59,725 bases of DNA from a virus (lineage: Duplodnaviria; Caudoviricetes). Position numbers and translations under genes: made by a program. The stretch is from IMG/VR virus record IMGVR_UViG_3300045744_000002, positions 1-59,725 of that record; one strand, written 5' to 3'. Of the stretch, positions 1 to 9,481 are shown in pieces. Position 1 is the stretch's first letter. Every line of letters begins with the position of its first letter. The notes under the pieces are model-generated. The model searched no databases and had not been told where the DNA came from. It worked only from the letters and a program-made list of their open reading frames with translations.

Positions 1-127
1 GGGTGTTGGGCGCCGGTTCCAGGTGCTCGACGGTGACGGCCTGGTCGTTGATGGTCTCGACGGTGGTGCTGAGCACGGCTGGCGGGGCAGGAATGGCAAC
101 GACCGTGGCGGACTTACGGATGGACTT
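1..127. repeat. Terminal direct repeat, copy 1 (probable assembly overlap of a circular contig)
   Basis: 1..127 is identical to 59599..59725. The repeat falls inside one continuous ORF, and 127 is a common maximum assembler k-mer. Confidence 0.95.
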
Positions 128-133
128 GGACAT
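1..133 (-). CDS. 5' end of the hypothetical gene that wraps to 58961 (256 aa, MSKSIRKSATVV...)
   Basis: ATG at 133 with GAGGA SD upstream; in frame across the junction with ORF 58961..59674. Confidence 0.85.
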   Translation of the reverse strand, partial: MSKSIRKSATVVAIPAPPAVLSTTVETINDQAVTVEHLEPAPNT

Positions 134-220
134 GGGTGACTCCTCGCGAATTGGGATGGGCGCCCTGACACGTACTGGGCGGTACGTCCATTTTATTACG
201 TGGGGAGTTTTCCGTGCGGA

Positions 221-236
221 GTTACCGAGCGGTAAC
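221..236. promoter_or_regulatory. Palindrome GTTACCG-AG-CGGTAAC (operator-like, copy 1)
   Basis: Exact 7-bp arms; lies in the divergent intergenic region 134..504. Confidence 0.7.
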
Positions 237-504
237 TGGCCCCGTCGCAGTGGACATCGCAAGGCTGAAAGGTGACGGGGTCGACCCCTACCCCGGCCCC
301 CTACCCGGGAACCTTGGGGAGGGTGGCCATCCGGGGGCTTCACCCCACCATTTGTTGTCGGGAAAGTTTTTCCACCTCAATAAAATAGTTTTAAAAATTT
401 TGGTAGAAAAATTTTCACAAACCCCTTTTATCCCACCTTCACTTTCCCTCTACACTTACCCGAGCCCCCGGCACCCCGCCAGCGGCCTTTCCGGAGATCC
501 TCGT

Positions 505-1791
505 ATGACACAGACCACCGTCCTCGCGCCCGGAAATGGCGCTGCAAGCAGCTCCCCCATTGCCGTTGCCGCCGGCGCCACCGTTGCCGTGGGCCTCTTC
601 GTGGCCTCGGGATCGATCCCAGCGAATGCCCAGTTCCAGCTGGTGCGCAAGACGCCGGGTGCCGATCTGCCCATCAGCAATGCCCTGAGTGCGGCCACGC
701 CGCAGTACCTGCTGAACACGCCGGGTACCTATCAGGTCAATCGCATCACGGGCGGCTCGACGCTCGCCGCCGGCAAGCTGACCGACAACACCTACAGCTA
801 TGTCGTGACCGCGACCAACAGCGCAGGCGAGACGATCGCATCCAACGAGCAGGTCATCGCAGCGACCAACAGCCTGAACGCGATCACGGTGTCCTGGGCC
901 GCAGTCCCTGGCGCCACCGGTTACAACGTGTACCGTGGCATTGGCCGGGGCGGCGAGAACCAGATGTACAGCGTGGGTAACGTGACCAGCTTCGTCGATG
1001 TGAACGGTGCGCCGACGTCCGTCACGACACCCCCGACCACCAACACCACGGCCTTGGCCAGTCCCGTGCAGTCGGCGGGATCGTCCGCGGTAGCGGGAGG
1101 TTCTCTGGCATCGGGCACGTATTACTACGTGGTCACGGCAACGAACGCGTCGGGACAGACGTTGAAGTCGAACGAGATCAGCATTGCGACCAACAAGCTG
1201 GCCACGCCGAGTGCGACCTCCGCGACGCCGTCGACCACCGGCGGTACGCTTGTGGCAGGCACGTACTACTACGTGGTCACCGCGTTGGGCGCCAGCGGCG
1301 AGACGTTGAAGTCGAACGAGCTATCCGCGACCACGACAGGCACCACGTCGTCCGTCGCCCTGGTGTGGGCGGCGGTGCCGGGGGCTGTCGGTTACCGCGT
1401 GTACCGCGGCACTATCGCCGGTGCGGAGAACGTCTACGTCGCGGTGGGCAACGTGGTGACGTACACGGACACCAACGCGGCCAACACCAACGGGACACCG
1501 CCGGCGAGCAATACCGCGGTCACCGCGACCAACGTCAACACGGTGAACTGGGCCGCGGTGACCGGTGCGACGGGTTACAAGATCTACCGCGGTACGGCAG
1601 CGGGTGCCGAGAACGTGTTCTACACGGTGGGTGCCGTGACGTCGTTCAACGACACCGGTGCGGCCAGCACCAACGGGACGCCGCCGGCCACCAACACGAC
1701 GGGCCTGGCGGCGCCGGTGCAGAGTGCGCTGGCCGTGTCCTCGCCCGGCGTGGTGACCGCCGCGAGCGTGGGGGTCTTTACGGACGCGTGA
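505..1791 (+). CDS. Probable virion protein with three FN3/Ig-like repeats
   Basis: ATG 505 after GGAG SD. Three copies each of YxVTA..SG(E/Q)T..SNE and W.AV.GA.GY..YRG...G.EN. Confidence 0.75.
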   Translation: MTQTTVLAPGNGAASSSPIAVAAGATVAVGLFVASGSIPANAQFQLVRKTPGADLPISNALSAATPQYLLNTPGTYQVNRITGGSTLAAGKLTDNTYSYVVTATNSAGETIASNEQVIAATNSLNAITVSWAAVPGATGYNVYRGIGRGGENQMYSVGNVTSFVDVNGAPTSVTTPPTTNTTALASPVQSAGSSAVAGGSLASGTYYYVVTATNASGQTLKSNEISIATNKLATPSATSATPSTTGGTLVAGTYYYVVTALGASGETLKSNELSATTTGTTSSVALVWAAVPGAVGYRVYRGTIAGAENVYVAVGNVVTYTDTNAANTNGTPPASNTAVTATNVNTVNWAAVTGATGYKIYRGTAAGAENVFYTVGAVTSFNDTGAASTNGTPPATNTTGLAAPVQSALAVSSPGVVTAASVGVFTDA

Positions 1792-1930
1792 TCGCGGTAT
1801 AGTCGCGAGGCTCGGACCACCGGGCTTCGCCGTCCCTCTGACGCACAGGTGCCGCATGCACCCTTTAGACTTCCTGTTCGGTCCGCTGTACAAACGGCTT
1901 GACCGTATCCTCAACCATCTGGAGATCCTC

Positions 1931-2179
1931 ATGTCCACCACGCAAGACCTCAACAACGCCGTCAACACCGTCACCCAGGCGGTGAACGACAACACTACTG
2001 CGGTGAACGCTGCCGTGACCGCGATCGAGCAGCTACGGGCACAGATCGCCGCCGGCGGCGTCGATCCGACCGCGGCGATCAGCCAGCTGGGTACGATCGC
2101 CACGCAGCTGCAGGCATCGACTACGGCATTGAACAACGCCGTGACGCCCCTGCCGCCGTCGACCGCACTCAGCGCCTGA
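1931..2179 (+). CDS. Small coiled-coil hypothetical protein
   Basis: ATG 1931 after GGAG SD; Ala/Thr/Asn heptads. Confidence 0.7.
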   Translation: MSTTQDLNNAVNTVTQAVNDNTTAVNAAVTAIEQLRAQIAAGGVDPTAAISQLGTIATQLQASTTALNNAVTPLPPSTALSA

Positions 2180-2259
2180 CGCTGGCCTGGAATGGTTCAC
2201 CGTTGATATCCTGGTGGCAGCCGAGTCGATCCCGTCCGGCTGCCACCTAGGACACTCTC

Positions 2260-2553
2260 ATGACCGACAACATTACCCCGATGCCCGGTGTGATCCTCCC
2301 CGCGCAAGCGGCTGAGAAAGCGCAAGCCGAGCAGGACCAGTTGGTGAAGCTGGCCGAAGAGCTGCTGGCGCTGTGCCGCCGCGGCGAGGTGCGCTGGATC
2401 GCGATCGCAGGGGAGTTCGACAACGGCAACAAGCTGTCCGGGTTCGGGAATATCAACAAGGGCGACCCGCTGCGCGTCGTCGGCTCGATCGAGTGGTTGA
2501 AACAGGACTACATGGGCGCCATCAAGGCGACCCTCCCTGTGACGACACCCTAG
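2260..2553 (+). CDS. Hypothetical protein (97 aa)
   Basis: AGGA SD; codon usage like neighbours. Confidence 0.7.
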   Translation: MTDNITPMPGVILPAQAAEKAQAEQDQLVKLAEELLALCRRGEVRWIAIAGEFDNGNKLSGFGNINKGDPLRVVGSIEWLKQDYMGAIKATLPVTTP

Positions 2554-2611
2554 ACACCGCACCCACCTGGCCTTCACACTCGCGCCCAGGAGAATCCTTG
2601 GAGCGCGACCC

Positions 2612-4663
2612 ATGCCCCTGCCGCCCGGCTGGCCGACCGTCCAGGTCTATGGCACCTACTTGAGGCTCGACGGTAATCCCGCCTCGGGTTCGGTATGGTT
2701 CGAGACCGCGCAGCCGGTCGTCATCAACAATGCCCTGGGCGTGCCCATCGGCGTGTTGCCGCGGCGTCAGATCGCCACGTTGGACGCCAACGGTCATTTC
2801 AGTATCAATCTCCCCTGCACCGATGGAGGGGGATCGCCGACTGGCTGGACGTACCAGGTATCGGAGAAGTTCGACGGGGGGCAACCGGACTACTCGATCG
2901 AGGTGCCGCAGGCACTGGCGAACCAGGGGATTAACCTCGCGGTGTACCCGCATGCGACGCCGGTCCCGGTGAATCCGCCGGTGGTGACGTACCTGAAGGT
3001 GTCCGACATCGGTACGTTGGTCGGTTCGCAGACCGACGTCACGAACGCGGTGAACACCGCGAACAATGCCTCGACGCAAGCCAATAATGCGGTGACCACG
3101 GCGAACACCGCCAATACGAACGCCAGCAATGCACTGACCGTTGCGAACGGGATTGCGGGGACGGCGAACACGGCGCTGGCCAATTCCAACACGGCGATCA
3201 ATACGGCCAATGCCGCCAGCGCGACGGCAAACGGGATTGCGGGGACGGCGAACACGGCGCTGGCGAATGCCAATGCGGCGGTGGCCACGGCCAACCAGGC
3301 CGAGACAGATGCCACGAATGCACTGAACACGGCCAATGGGATTGCCGGCACCGCAAACACCGCGCTGACCAATTCGCAGAACGCCGTGAACACGGCCAAC
3401 GCCGCGCAGACCACGGCAAATGCGGCGCTGCCAGCAACCAGTAATGCCGTGTCCGCGAGCAAATGGCAGACGCCGCGTACACTTTCACTGACCGGGGATG
3501 TGACTGGCTCGACGTCCGTGGATGGCTCCGCGAACGCGGCCATCGCGGCGACGATCCCGGCGCACAGCGTGGCGCTCAGCAAGATCAATCCGGCGGGATC
3601 GACCGCAGGTCAGTTCATGCAGTCAACCGGGACCGGTACCGATGCAGTGTGGGGTGATGCACCACTTGGATTCAAAAACAAGCTGATTAATGGAAACTTC
3701 AACTTTTGGCAGCGCGCGACGACGGCAACGCTGAGCAGCGGAGCACAGTATGTTGCCGATCGTTGGAAGAACTACGCGACGGGAACGAGCGTCACGGTAA
3801 GCCAGCAGGCGTTCGTTCTAGGGCAGACAGCAGTTCCCTACGAGCCGCAATATTTCCATCGTAGCGTCGTGACCTCGGTGGCGGGGACTAACAATTTATG
3901 CGTACTGCAGCAGCCTATCGAATCAGTGCGTACACTTGCGGGGCAAGCCTGCACATTGTCATTCTGGGCGAAAGCTGACGCTAACCGGAACATTGCGTTG
4001 GAGTACTTCCAGGACTTTGGATCGGGCGGTAGCCCATCGCCGCAAATTAGTATACCGCTTGGGTTGGTGGCGCTCACGACCGCGTGGCAGAAGTACACGC
4101 TTGAGGTGACGCTACCTTCCATTACAGGGAAGACACTGGGGACGAGTAACAATGACACTTTGCAGATCAATTTTTGGTTTGATGCGGGTAGCGTGTTCGC
4201 GACGCGCGCATCGAACCTTGGACAGCAATCCGGGACGTTTGATATTGCGCAAGTGCAGATCGAAAGCGGGGCTGTTGCAACAACTTTTGATAATCGGCCA
4301 ATAGGCATAGAGTTGCCGTTATGCCAGCGATATTACGAAAAGAATTATGATCTTGGAGTCCTGCCAGGAACTGCTAATCAAACAAACTGCATGATTATGT
4401 ATTTTATTTCATTGCCTTCGGCGACATATCAGCCAAGTATAATGGTAACGTTTAAGGTTGCTAAGCGTGTATCTCCATCAGTTATCGTTTATAGCCAGAA
4501 TACTGGTGCTGCTGGGAAAATGAATGACGTTCTTGGCTCAGCCGACGTCGCCGCTACTGTCGGCAACGTAAGCACTCATTCTTTTCTGACGTTTGCAACG
4601 GCAAATGCGGCGCGAACTTCTTACAACATTCAGTTCATGTGGAGCGCAGACGCGGAGTTTTAA
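2612..4663 (+). CDS. Tail fibre/spike: N-terminal anchor, Ala/Asn/Thr coiled-coil repeats, C-terminal carbohydrate-binding-like domain
   Basis: ANGIAGTANTAL x3; fibre motif KWQTPRTLSLTGDVTGS..DGSAN; NKLINGNFNFWQR...ADRW...ELPLCQRYYEK pattern typical of fibre C-termini. Confidence 0.8.
   Translation: MPLPPGWPTVQVYGTYLRLDGNPASGSVWFETAQPVVINNALGVPIGVLPRRQIATLDANGHFSINLPCTDGGGSPTGWTYQVSEKFDGGQPDYSIEVPQALANQGINLAVYPHATPVPVNPPVVTYLKVSDIGTLVGSQTDVTNAVNTANNASTQANNAVTTANTANTNASNALTVANGIAGTANTALANSNTAINTANAASATANGIAGTANTALANANAAVATANQAETDATNALNTANGIAGTANTALTNSQNAVNTANAAQTTANAALPATSNAVSASKWQTPRTLSLTGDVTGSTSVDGSANAAIAATIPAHSVALSKINPAGSTAGQFMQSTGTGTDAVWGDAPLGFKNKLINGNFNFWQRATTATLSSGAQYVADRWKNYATGTSVTVSQQAFVLGQTAVPYEPQYFHRSVVTSVAGTNNLCVLQQPIESVRTLAGQACTLSFWAKADANRNIALEYFQDFGSGGSPSPQISIPLGLVALTTAWQKYTLEVTLPSITGKTLGTSNNDTLQINFWFDAGSVFATRASNLGQQSGTFDIAQVQIESGAVATTFDNRPIGIELPLCQRYYEKNYDLGVLPGTANQTNCMIMYFISLPSATYQPSIMVTFKVAKRVSPSVIVYSQNTGAAGKMNDVLGSADVAATVGNVSTHSFLTFATANAARTSYNIQFMWSADAEF
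3146..3264 (+). repeat. Exact 35-bp intragenic direct repeat (3146..3180, 3230..3264), 84-bp period
   Basis: AACGGGATTGCGGGGACGGCGAACACGGCGCTGGC occurs twice, with a diverged third copy near 3335. Confidence 0.9.
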
Positions 4664-4665
4664 AA

Positions 4666-5163
4666 ATGGATAGCTACCAACTAACCAAAGATTTGAACTG
4701 CATTATTCGTCTGTCAGACGGTGCATTTATACCCGTGGACGTGCAAAATGCAGATTACCAGGCTTACGAGCAATGGTGCGCTGATGGGAATACAGCGCTT
4801 CCGGTCCCGGCTGTAACGGTTAACGACATCATTGCCGAGTTCCTACCGCAGCTCCAGGCGTGGCTCGACGGCATTGCTCGGCAGAACGGCTACGACACTG
4901 CGTTATCGTGCATCTCCTATGAGAATTGCACCGTGTCGCAGTGGGCACAGGACGCTGCGGCGATGAAGGCGTTCCGCGCGACGCTGTGGCAATGGGCCTA
5001 TGCGCAGCAGACGACGCTCAACGCGATGACACCGGAGCAGCTGGCGGCGCTCACCGTCGACCAGATCATCGCGCAAGCGCCGAAGCCCGCAGACTCGGGA
5101 TGGGTTGTGCATCCGTCGCCGGCACCGCCTTCACCCTCGCCGGCACCCACGCCATCGCCCTGA
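4666..5163 (+). CDS. Tail fibre assembly/chaperone-like protein
   Basis: Follows the fibre gene; IIRLSDGAFIP.D..NADYQAY..W motif. Confidence 0.65.
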   Translation: MDSYQLTKDLNCIIRLSDGAFIPVDVQNADYQAYEQWCADGNTALPVPAVTVNDIIAEFLPQLQAWLDGIARQNGYDTALSCISYENCTVSQWAQDAAAMKAFRATLWQWAYAQQTTLNAMTPEQLAALTVDQIIAQAPKPADSGWVVHPSPAPPSPSPAPTPSP

Positions 5164-5171
5164 GACTGCCG

Positions 5172-5684
5172 ATGCTGACGCTTCCTACTACCGCCTCCGA
5201 AGTGTTCGACGCCGTCTGGGCACCCGTCATGTTGGGCCTGTCGTTCAAGCTGCGCAGCCTGGAAGCCAATGTGCTCGGCATCGCCATCGGTGGCCAGGAG
5301 AGTGGCTACGCGGTGCGCTCGCAGTACGGCGGTGGTCCGGCGCATGGGTTCTGGCAGATGGAGGAAGGCGCGACGGACCACAGCGGCGTGCGCGGGGTCA
5401 TGAACCACCCGGCATCTCGGACGTTCGCCATGCGCTATTGCGCGGATAATGGACTGCCTTTCGACGCCCATGCCATCTGGTCCGAGATGGCGGAGGACGA
5501 CGAAGTAGGCGCGGCATTTGCCCGGTTTCTGCTTTGGACATCCAGCCGTCCGTTGCCCCCCATTGGTGACCAGGACGGCGCCTGGAACTACTACCTCGAC
5601 GTGTGGCGACCCGGGAAGCCGGACAAGACCCGCTGGGCGCCCGTCTATGCCGCGGCTGTCGCCGCCGTAAGGGGATCACCATGA
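5172..5684 (+). CDS. Endolysin (lysozyme-like fold)
   Basis: IAIGGQESG...GGPAHGFWQME and YYLDVWRPGKP motifs; first gene of the lysis cassette. Confidence 0.75.
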   Translation: MLTLPTTASEVFDAVWAPVMLGLSFKLRSLEANVLGIAIGGQESGYAVRSQYGGGPAHGFWQMEEGATDHSGVRGVMNHPASRTFAMRYCADNGLPFDAHAIWSEMAEDDEVGAAFARFLLWTSSRPLPPIGDQDGAWNYYLDVWRPGKPDKTRWAPVYAAAVAAVRGSP

Positions 5685-6097
5685 GCGCCATCCACGAGTT
5701 TGTCGTAGCATTGCAGACGGGGACCGCCTTTCTGCAACGGATCATGTTGGCATTCGCCGCTTCGTTGTATGCTGTACTTACGCTTTTGAGCACCCGTGCT
5801 CCATCGCCCGACTCGGCCTATGTATTGCTGAGCGGGCACAGGATAGCCTGGGGTGTGGTTTTCGCCGTCGATGCGCTGGCGCTGTGGTGGCGGATTCTTG
5901 ATCCGCGCTCCCGACCGCATTGGGCGGTGACCATCAACCTTGTAACGTTCGCAATCTGGGTCGGTATCACAGGGGGTACCGTCATGATCGCGCAGCACGT
6001 TGATCCCGATCTCGTGGGTTACGTCCTGATCTGCATCATGGCTTTACATGCCCTGGTACGGACAGACTTGACCCAGCGCGATCGGGAGACTGCCTGA
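5681..6097 (+). CDS. Multi-TM membrane protein, holin candidate
   Basis: About four hydrophobic segments; ATGA overlap with the endolysin. Confidence 0.55.
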   Translation: MSAIHEFVVALQTGTAFLQRIMLAFAASLYAVLTLLSTRAPSPDSAYVLLSGHRIAWGVVFAVDALALWWRILDPRSRPHWAVTINLVTFAIWVGITGGTVMIAQHVDPDLVGYVLICIMALHALVRTDLTQRDRETA

Positions 6098-6486
6098 TGA
6101 CACCCGCGCCGGAAGACCTCTCTGATATCGGAAAACTGATCGGCGGCGCGCTCGTGCTCGGCGGCGGCGTGTGGGCCGTCCTGCGCAAGTTTCTTTCGGA
6201 TAGGCGCATCGATGGAGTGGCGGATGCACAGGCTCGCGCGGACGTCGCGTCGTTCGACGTTTACGACCGCACCATCAACATGCTTCGCGCCGACGTCAAT
6301 CAGATCCGTGCCGACAAGGAAGCCGCCGATGCCAAATGGCGACAGGACATGGCGATCCTGGAGCAGCGTCTGCGCGAAGTAGGCGCCCAGGCCGATGCAG
6401 CCATTGACCGCGCGCGCGCGGCAGAAAATGCTGCGGACAAACTACGTGCGCAACTGCGCGCGCTCAACGTGGAGCCTTGCGTATGA
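6097..6486 (+). CDS. Single-TM plus coiled-coil protein (holin/antiholin-like)
   Basis: LIGGALVLGGGVWAVL TM followed by a coiled coil; inside the lysis cassette. Confidence 0.5.
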   Translation: MTPAPEDLSDIGKLIGGALVLGGGVWAVLRKFLSDRRIDGVADAQARADVASFDVYDRTINMLRADVNQIRADKEAADAKWRQDMAILEQRLREVGAQADAAIDRARAAENAADKLRAQLRALNVEPCV

Positions 6487-7076
6487 CATCGATACAGTGG
6501 TGGATCACGACGGTGGTTGTGGCCCTTCTGGTGGGTCTTGGTAGCGGATGGTATATCGGTCATAAGATCGATGTCGCTGCGCAGGTGACTGCGATCAAGG
6601 CCCAGCAGAAAGCCAACCAGAAACTAGCCGACGATCGGGTTGCGGCCGAGCAGAAAGTGGCGGACGATACCCATCAGCAGCTCGTCCAGGCGCAGATGGA
6701 AACGACGAGCCTGAATGCACAGCTGGAAGAGCTGCGAAAAACCAACGCCTCTCTCACGGATAAAATCGCCCATGTTCAATTCCACCCGCCGATCCGGACA
6801 GTCGTGGTGCACGGGATGCCTTTGCAATGCCCTGGTTCCAGTGTTGCTTCTGCTGAGTTCCTGCAGCTCTACAACCAAGCCGCTGGTCTTCAACCAGCCA
6901 GTCCCGCGCCCGCAGCTGGCAACACCAGCGGAATGTACCAAGTCCCATTTCCAAGCCTTCGACCCAGCATTGACTGGCCTTCCGTCCGATTTCTCTTCGA
7001 TGACCGATCAGGACCAGTCTCGCGCATTATTGGCGAACAAGAACAGCGATCGCGATACCTATCAGCGATTGCGTGA
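6483..7076 (+). CDS. i-spanin (Rz-like)
   Basis: N-terminal TM, long periplasmic coiled coil, overlapped by a lipoprotein ORF. Confidence 0.75.
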   Translation: MTSIQWWITTVVVALLVGLGSGWYIGHKIDVAAQVTAIKAQQKANQKLADDRVAAEQKVADDTHQQLVQAQMETTSLNAQLEELRKTNASLTDKIAHVQFHPPIRTVVVHGMPLQCPGSSVASAEFLQLYNQAAGLQPASPAPAAGNTSGMYQVPFPSLRPSIDWPSVRFLFDDRSGPVSRIIGEQEQRSRYLSAIA

Positions 7077-7107
7077 GACGGCGATTCGCTGCGCACTGGA
7101 GAACTGA
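6772..7107 (+). CDS. o-spanin (Rz1-like lipoprotein), overlapping in the +1 frame
   Basis: Hydrophobic stretch ending in lipobox LLSS-C, then a Pro-rich segment; start codon uncertain. Confidence 0.7.
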   Translation: MFNSTRRSGQSWCTGCLCNALVPVLLLLSSCSSTTKPLVFNQPVPRPQLATPAECTKSHFQAFDPALTGLPSDFSSMTDQDQSRALLANKNSDRDTYQRLRETAIRCALEN

Positions 7108-7108
7108 T

Positions 7109-7450
7109 ATGGGGGACGTTAGGATTTTTCGCCCTGATGAACAGGGCAATGCGATGCCGCCGTTGACGGATATCCCTGGTCGCCTCCGTTACATGGCGAC
7201 CCTGATCGAGAATAATACGTATGCCAAGGACAGCGATGGAGACCCCAATGCCGTACGGACAGCGTTAGTTGTTACGTATACGGAATCCGGCGAGATTCAT
7301 GTGCATTCGTACGGAGAAAATCCCGCGAACAAAGCACAGGTCGTTGGGATTTTGATGCTTGCGCAGCGCATATTCTCCGATGCAGAAGGTGAGATAGCAT
7401 CTGACGATTGCGCACGTGGCGATGCAGCGCCGGTGCACCCCATCCGCTAG
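7109..7450 (+). CDS. Hypothetical protein (113 aa)
   Basis: ATG 7109 after GGAG SD. Confidence 0.65.
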   Translation: MGDVRIFRPDEQGNAMPPLTDIPGRLRYMATLIENNTYAKDSDGDPNAVRTALVVTYTESGEIHVHSYGENPANKAQVVGILMLAQRIFSDAEGEIASDDCARGDAAPVHPIR

Positions 7451-8895
7451 GACCAGCTCGCCACGCTCGGCCTGGTCTGCGTACGCTTCACCGAGCCACG
7501 CAACAGACGACCCGTATTGACGCCACCGGCAATAAGCGCGGCGTACTGCAGCGCGTCCTGTAGGTCGGAGATGGGGTGTTTCTTTTCCGGACGATCTTCC
7601 AGTTCGCCGTTTTTCTTCGACTTGAACTTATACTCGCTGCTCAAGCCGCGGATCAGTTCTTTGCAGCTTGGATCGATCTGCAAACCGTCATTGCGTTGCA
7701 TAAGGCGTTCGACAGCGTCGATGCGTCGTGCCGGATCATTGGTGGGCGCTGGAATGACTTTGAACCCTTTTTGCTTGAGAATGTCCGCCGGCGACAGGTC
7801 GTTGATCTGCGATTTCTGGAAGCCGGCTGGATCGATCACGATCAGCACAGGTAGTCCAACGAAGTCGCGTACGGCCAGCGCTGGGCGCAGGATCTCGTCG
7901 ACGAAGCGGTCCATGCCCATGTTGACACCCCACAGCTCACGTAGCGCGTAGAGCGTCCCACGCGGCTGCAGTTGGGTAATGATGGCCGCGGGATTACGCC
8001 CCTGGTCAACGCCGATCACCAGGCTCGGACTGAAGTCGCCGAACTGCCAGCTGGCCAGTGGGGTGCTCGATACGTGGCGCGCGCGGTCGAATGAGCCGGC
8101 ATACACCGCTTTGCCATCGAGACTCGGCGGGTATTCGCACAGGATCATCGATTGCATCCAGTATTTGGTGGCGCCTTCGGTTAGGTTCTCGTAGTAACCG
8201 GGTTCCAGCCACTTCACATTTTCTGCCATGGGATTCAAGACGTATTTCTGATTTTTGTCGTCCCAGAGCATCCCCGGCGGCTGGATGAGCGGATTGAGCC
8301 AGCTGGGTCGATCGACTTCGAGCAGCTGATGCCACTCGCTTCCCTCGATCGGCATGTTCGATTCAGCGAGTACGCCGGACCAGCTGCAGCCCCCATCCAC
8401 GACGGCAGGGAAGCGCCCCATGCGTGACCGTAGATCGGTGAGCAGCTGAAGCGGTATCTCGCGGAACTCGGACAGCCAGCCCGCGGTGTATTCCACCGAG
8501 AGCAGCTTGCGCGCATCGTCTTCGTCGTCAAGGGAACGGAACATCCACTCACTGCGCACCTGGGTACCATCTTCCAAGCGGTAGGTGAAGACCTGCGTCA
8601 TGTCGGTCTCGCGCCAGACGATGGAGCTGCCATTGGGTGGCAGCCATGCATGCACGGACTTGATGACCGAGTCTTTCAGCTGCTGGCGCGTATTACGCAC
8701 CACAGCAAACCGTGTGCGGCGGCAACCGTTGAGATCGGGCCTTTGGTTATTCATGACGGTCAGAAGCGTCATGATGATGCCGGTTGTTTTGCCGCCACCA
8801 ATGGGTCCGAGTAGGGTGCTGACCTTAAAGCCTTGATACTCCGTCATCAGGCGCGCGACAGTGGGAGATGCCTCGTAGGTCTTAGTCATGGTCAA
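7447..8895 (-). CDS. terL: Terminase large subunit
   Basis: Walker A GPIGGGKT, RFAVVRNT, WLSE (Walker B), nuclease GVDQG and C-terminal HPISDLQDALQY. Confidence 0.9.
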   Translation of the reverse strand: MTMTKTYEASPTVARLMTEYQGFKVSTLLGPIGGGKTTGIIMTLLTVMNNQRPDLNGCRRTRFAVVRNTRQQLKDSVIKSVHAWLPPNGSSIVWRETDMTQVFTYRLEDGTQVRSEWMFRSLDDEDDARKLLSVEYTAGWLSEFREIPLQLLTDLRSRMGRFPAVVDGGCSWSGVLAESNMPIEGSEWHQLLEVDRPSWLNPLIQPPGMLWDDKNQKYVLNPMAENVKWLEPGYYENLTEGATKYWMQSMILCEYPPSLDGKAVYAGSFDRARHVSSTPLASWQFGDFSPSLVIGVDQGRNPAAIITQLQPRGTLYALRELWGVNMGMDRFVDEILRPALAVRDFVGLPVLIVIDPAGFQKSQINDLSPADILKQKGFKVIPAPTNDPARRIDAVERLMQRNDGLQIDPSCKELIRGLSSEYKFKSKKNGELEDRPEKKHPISDLQDALQYAALIAGGVNTGRLLRGSVKRTQTRPSVASWS

Positions 8896-9421
8896 TTACT
8901 CGGCCGGTACCGATGGTGACTGGCGAGCCGGCGGCTTGGGGCATGACGATGGTGACGAGTGGGCCGCTACCGACCTGGTTGGGGGTTTGATCTTTCGGCT
9001 TGGACAGGCCGGCGACGTCGGCCAGGCTGTCGAACGTGCGCTGGCGCACCAAGGGCGGCGTGTCCTTGTTGGACATCAAGTCGACCATGTCCAGGATGCC
9101 GCCATGGTCGAGTGCCATGAGCGCCTTCATCCGGACACGGTCAGAAAGACCCGCCGCGCTATTGGCTTCGATCTTGGCCTGGTCGACCTGGGCTTTGAAG
9201 TGCGGATGCGCCTGGAGCACCTGCCATTGGGTTTCGGTGAGGCCCATGGCGATGGCCAGTTGCACCGGGTGGTCGATCTCCATGGCGACCCGCCGAGCCA
9301 GCTCGTGCGCGTGGTGCCGCATGAAGTGCTCAGGGATACCAGCGGCAAGGGGAGATGCCGGCGGTAGCGGCTCGGGAAGCGCCAGTGCGGCGGACGGTGC
9401 AGGACCCTGGGGTAGCAGCAT
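8882..9421 (-). CDS. Probable terminase small subunit
   Basis: Immediately upstream of and overlapping terL; helical, 179 aa. Confidence 0.6.
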   Translation of the reverse strand: MLLPQGPAPSAALALPEPLPPASPLAAGIPEHFMRHHAHELARRVAMEIDHPVQLAIAMGLTETQWQVLQAHPHFKAQVDQAKIEANSAAGLSDRVRMKALMALDHGGILDMVDLMSNKDTPPLVRQRTFDSLADVAGLSKPKDQTPNQVGSGPLVTIVMPQAAGSPVTIGTGRVIDHD

Positions 9422-9481
9422 GTTGGCGCTCTGTGTAGGTTCTGTGTAGATTACGCCACATATCAGGCGGAGACTCCAACG

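Noticed and set aside
1-127. Terminal repeat as a biological DTR
   Set aside because: It interrupts a continuous ORF and its length equals a standard assembler k-mer, so it is best read as a circularisation overlap.
214-504. 97-aa N-terminal extension of the FN3-repeat ORF in the ORF track
   Set aside because: It runs through AT-rich, regulatory-looking DNA; ATG 505 has a proper SD.
2612-4663. Diversity-generating retroelement acting on a tail fibre
   Set aside because: No reverse transcriptase and no adenine-mismatched template/variable repeat pair seen.
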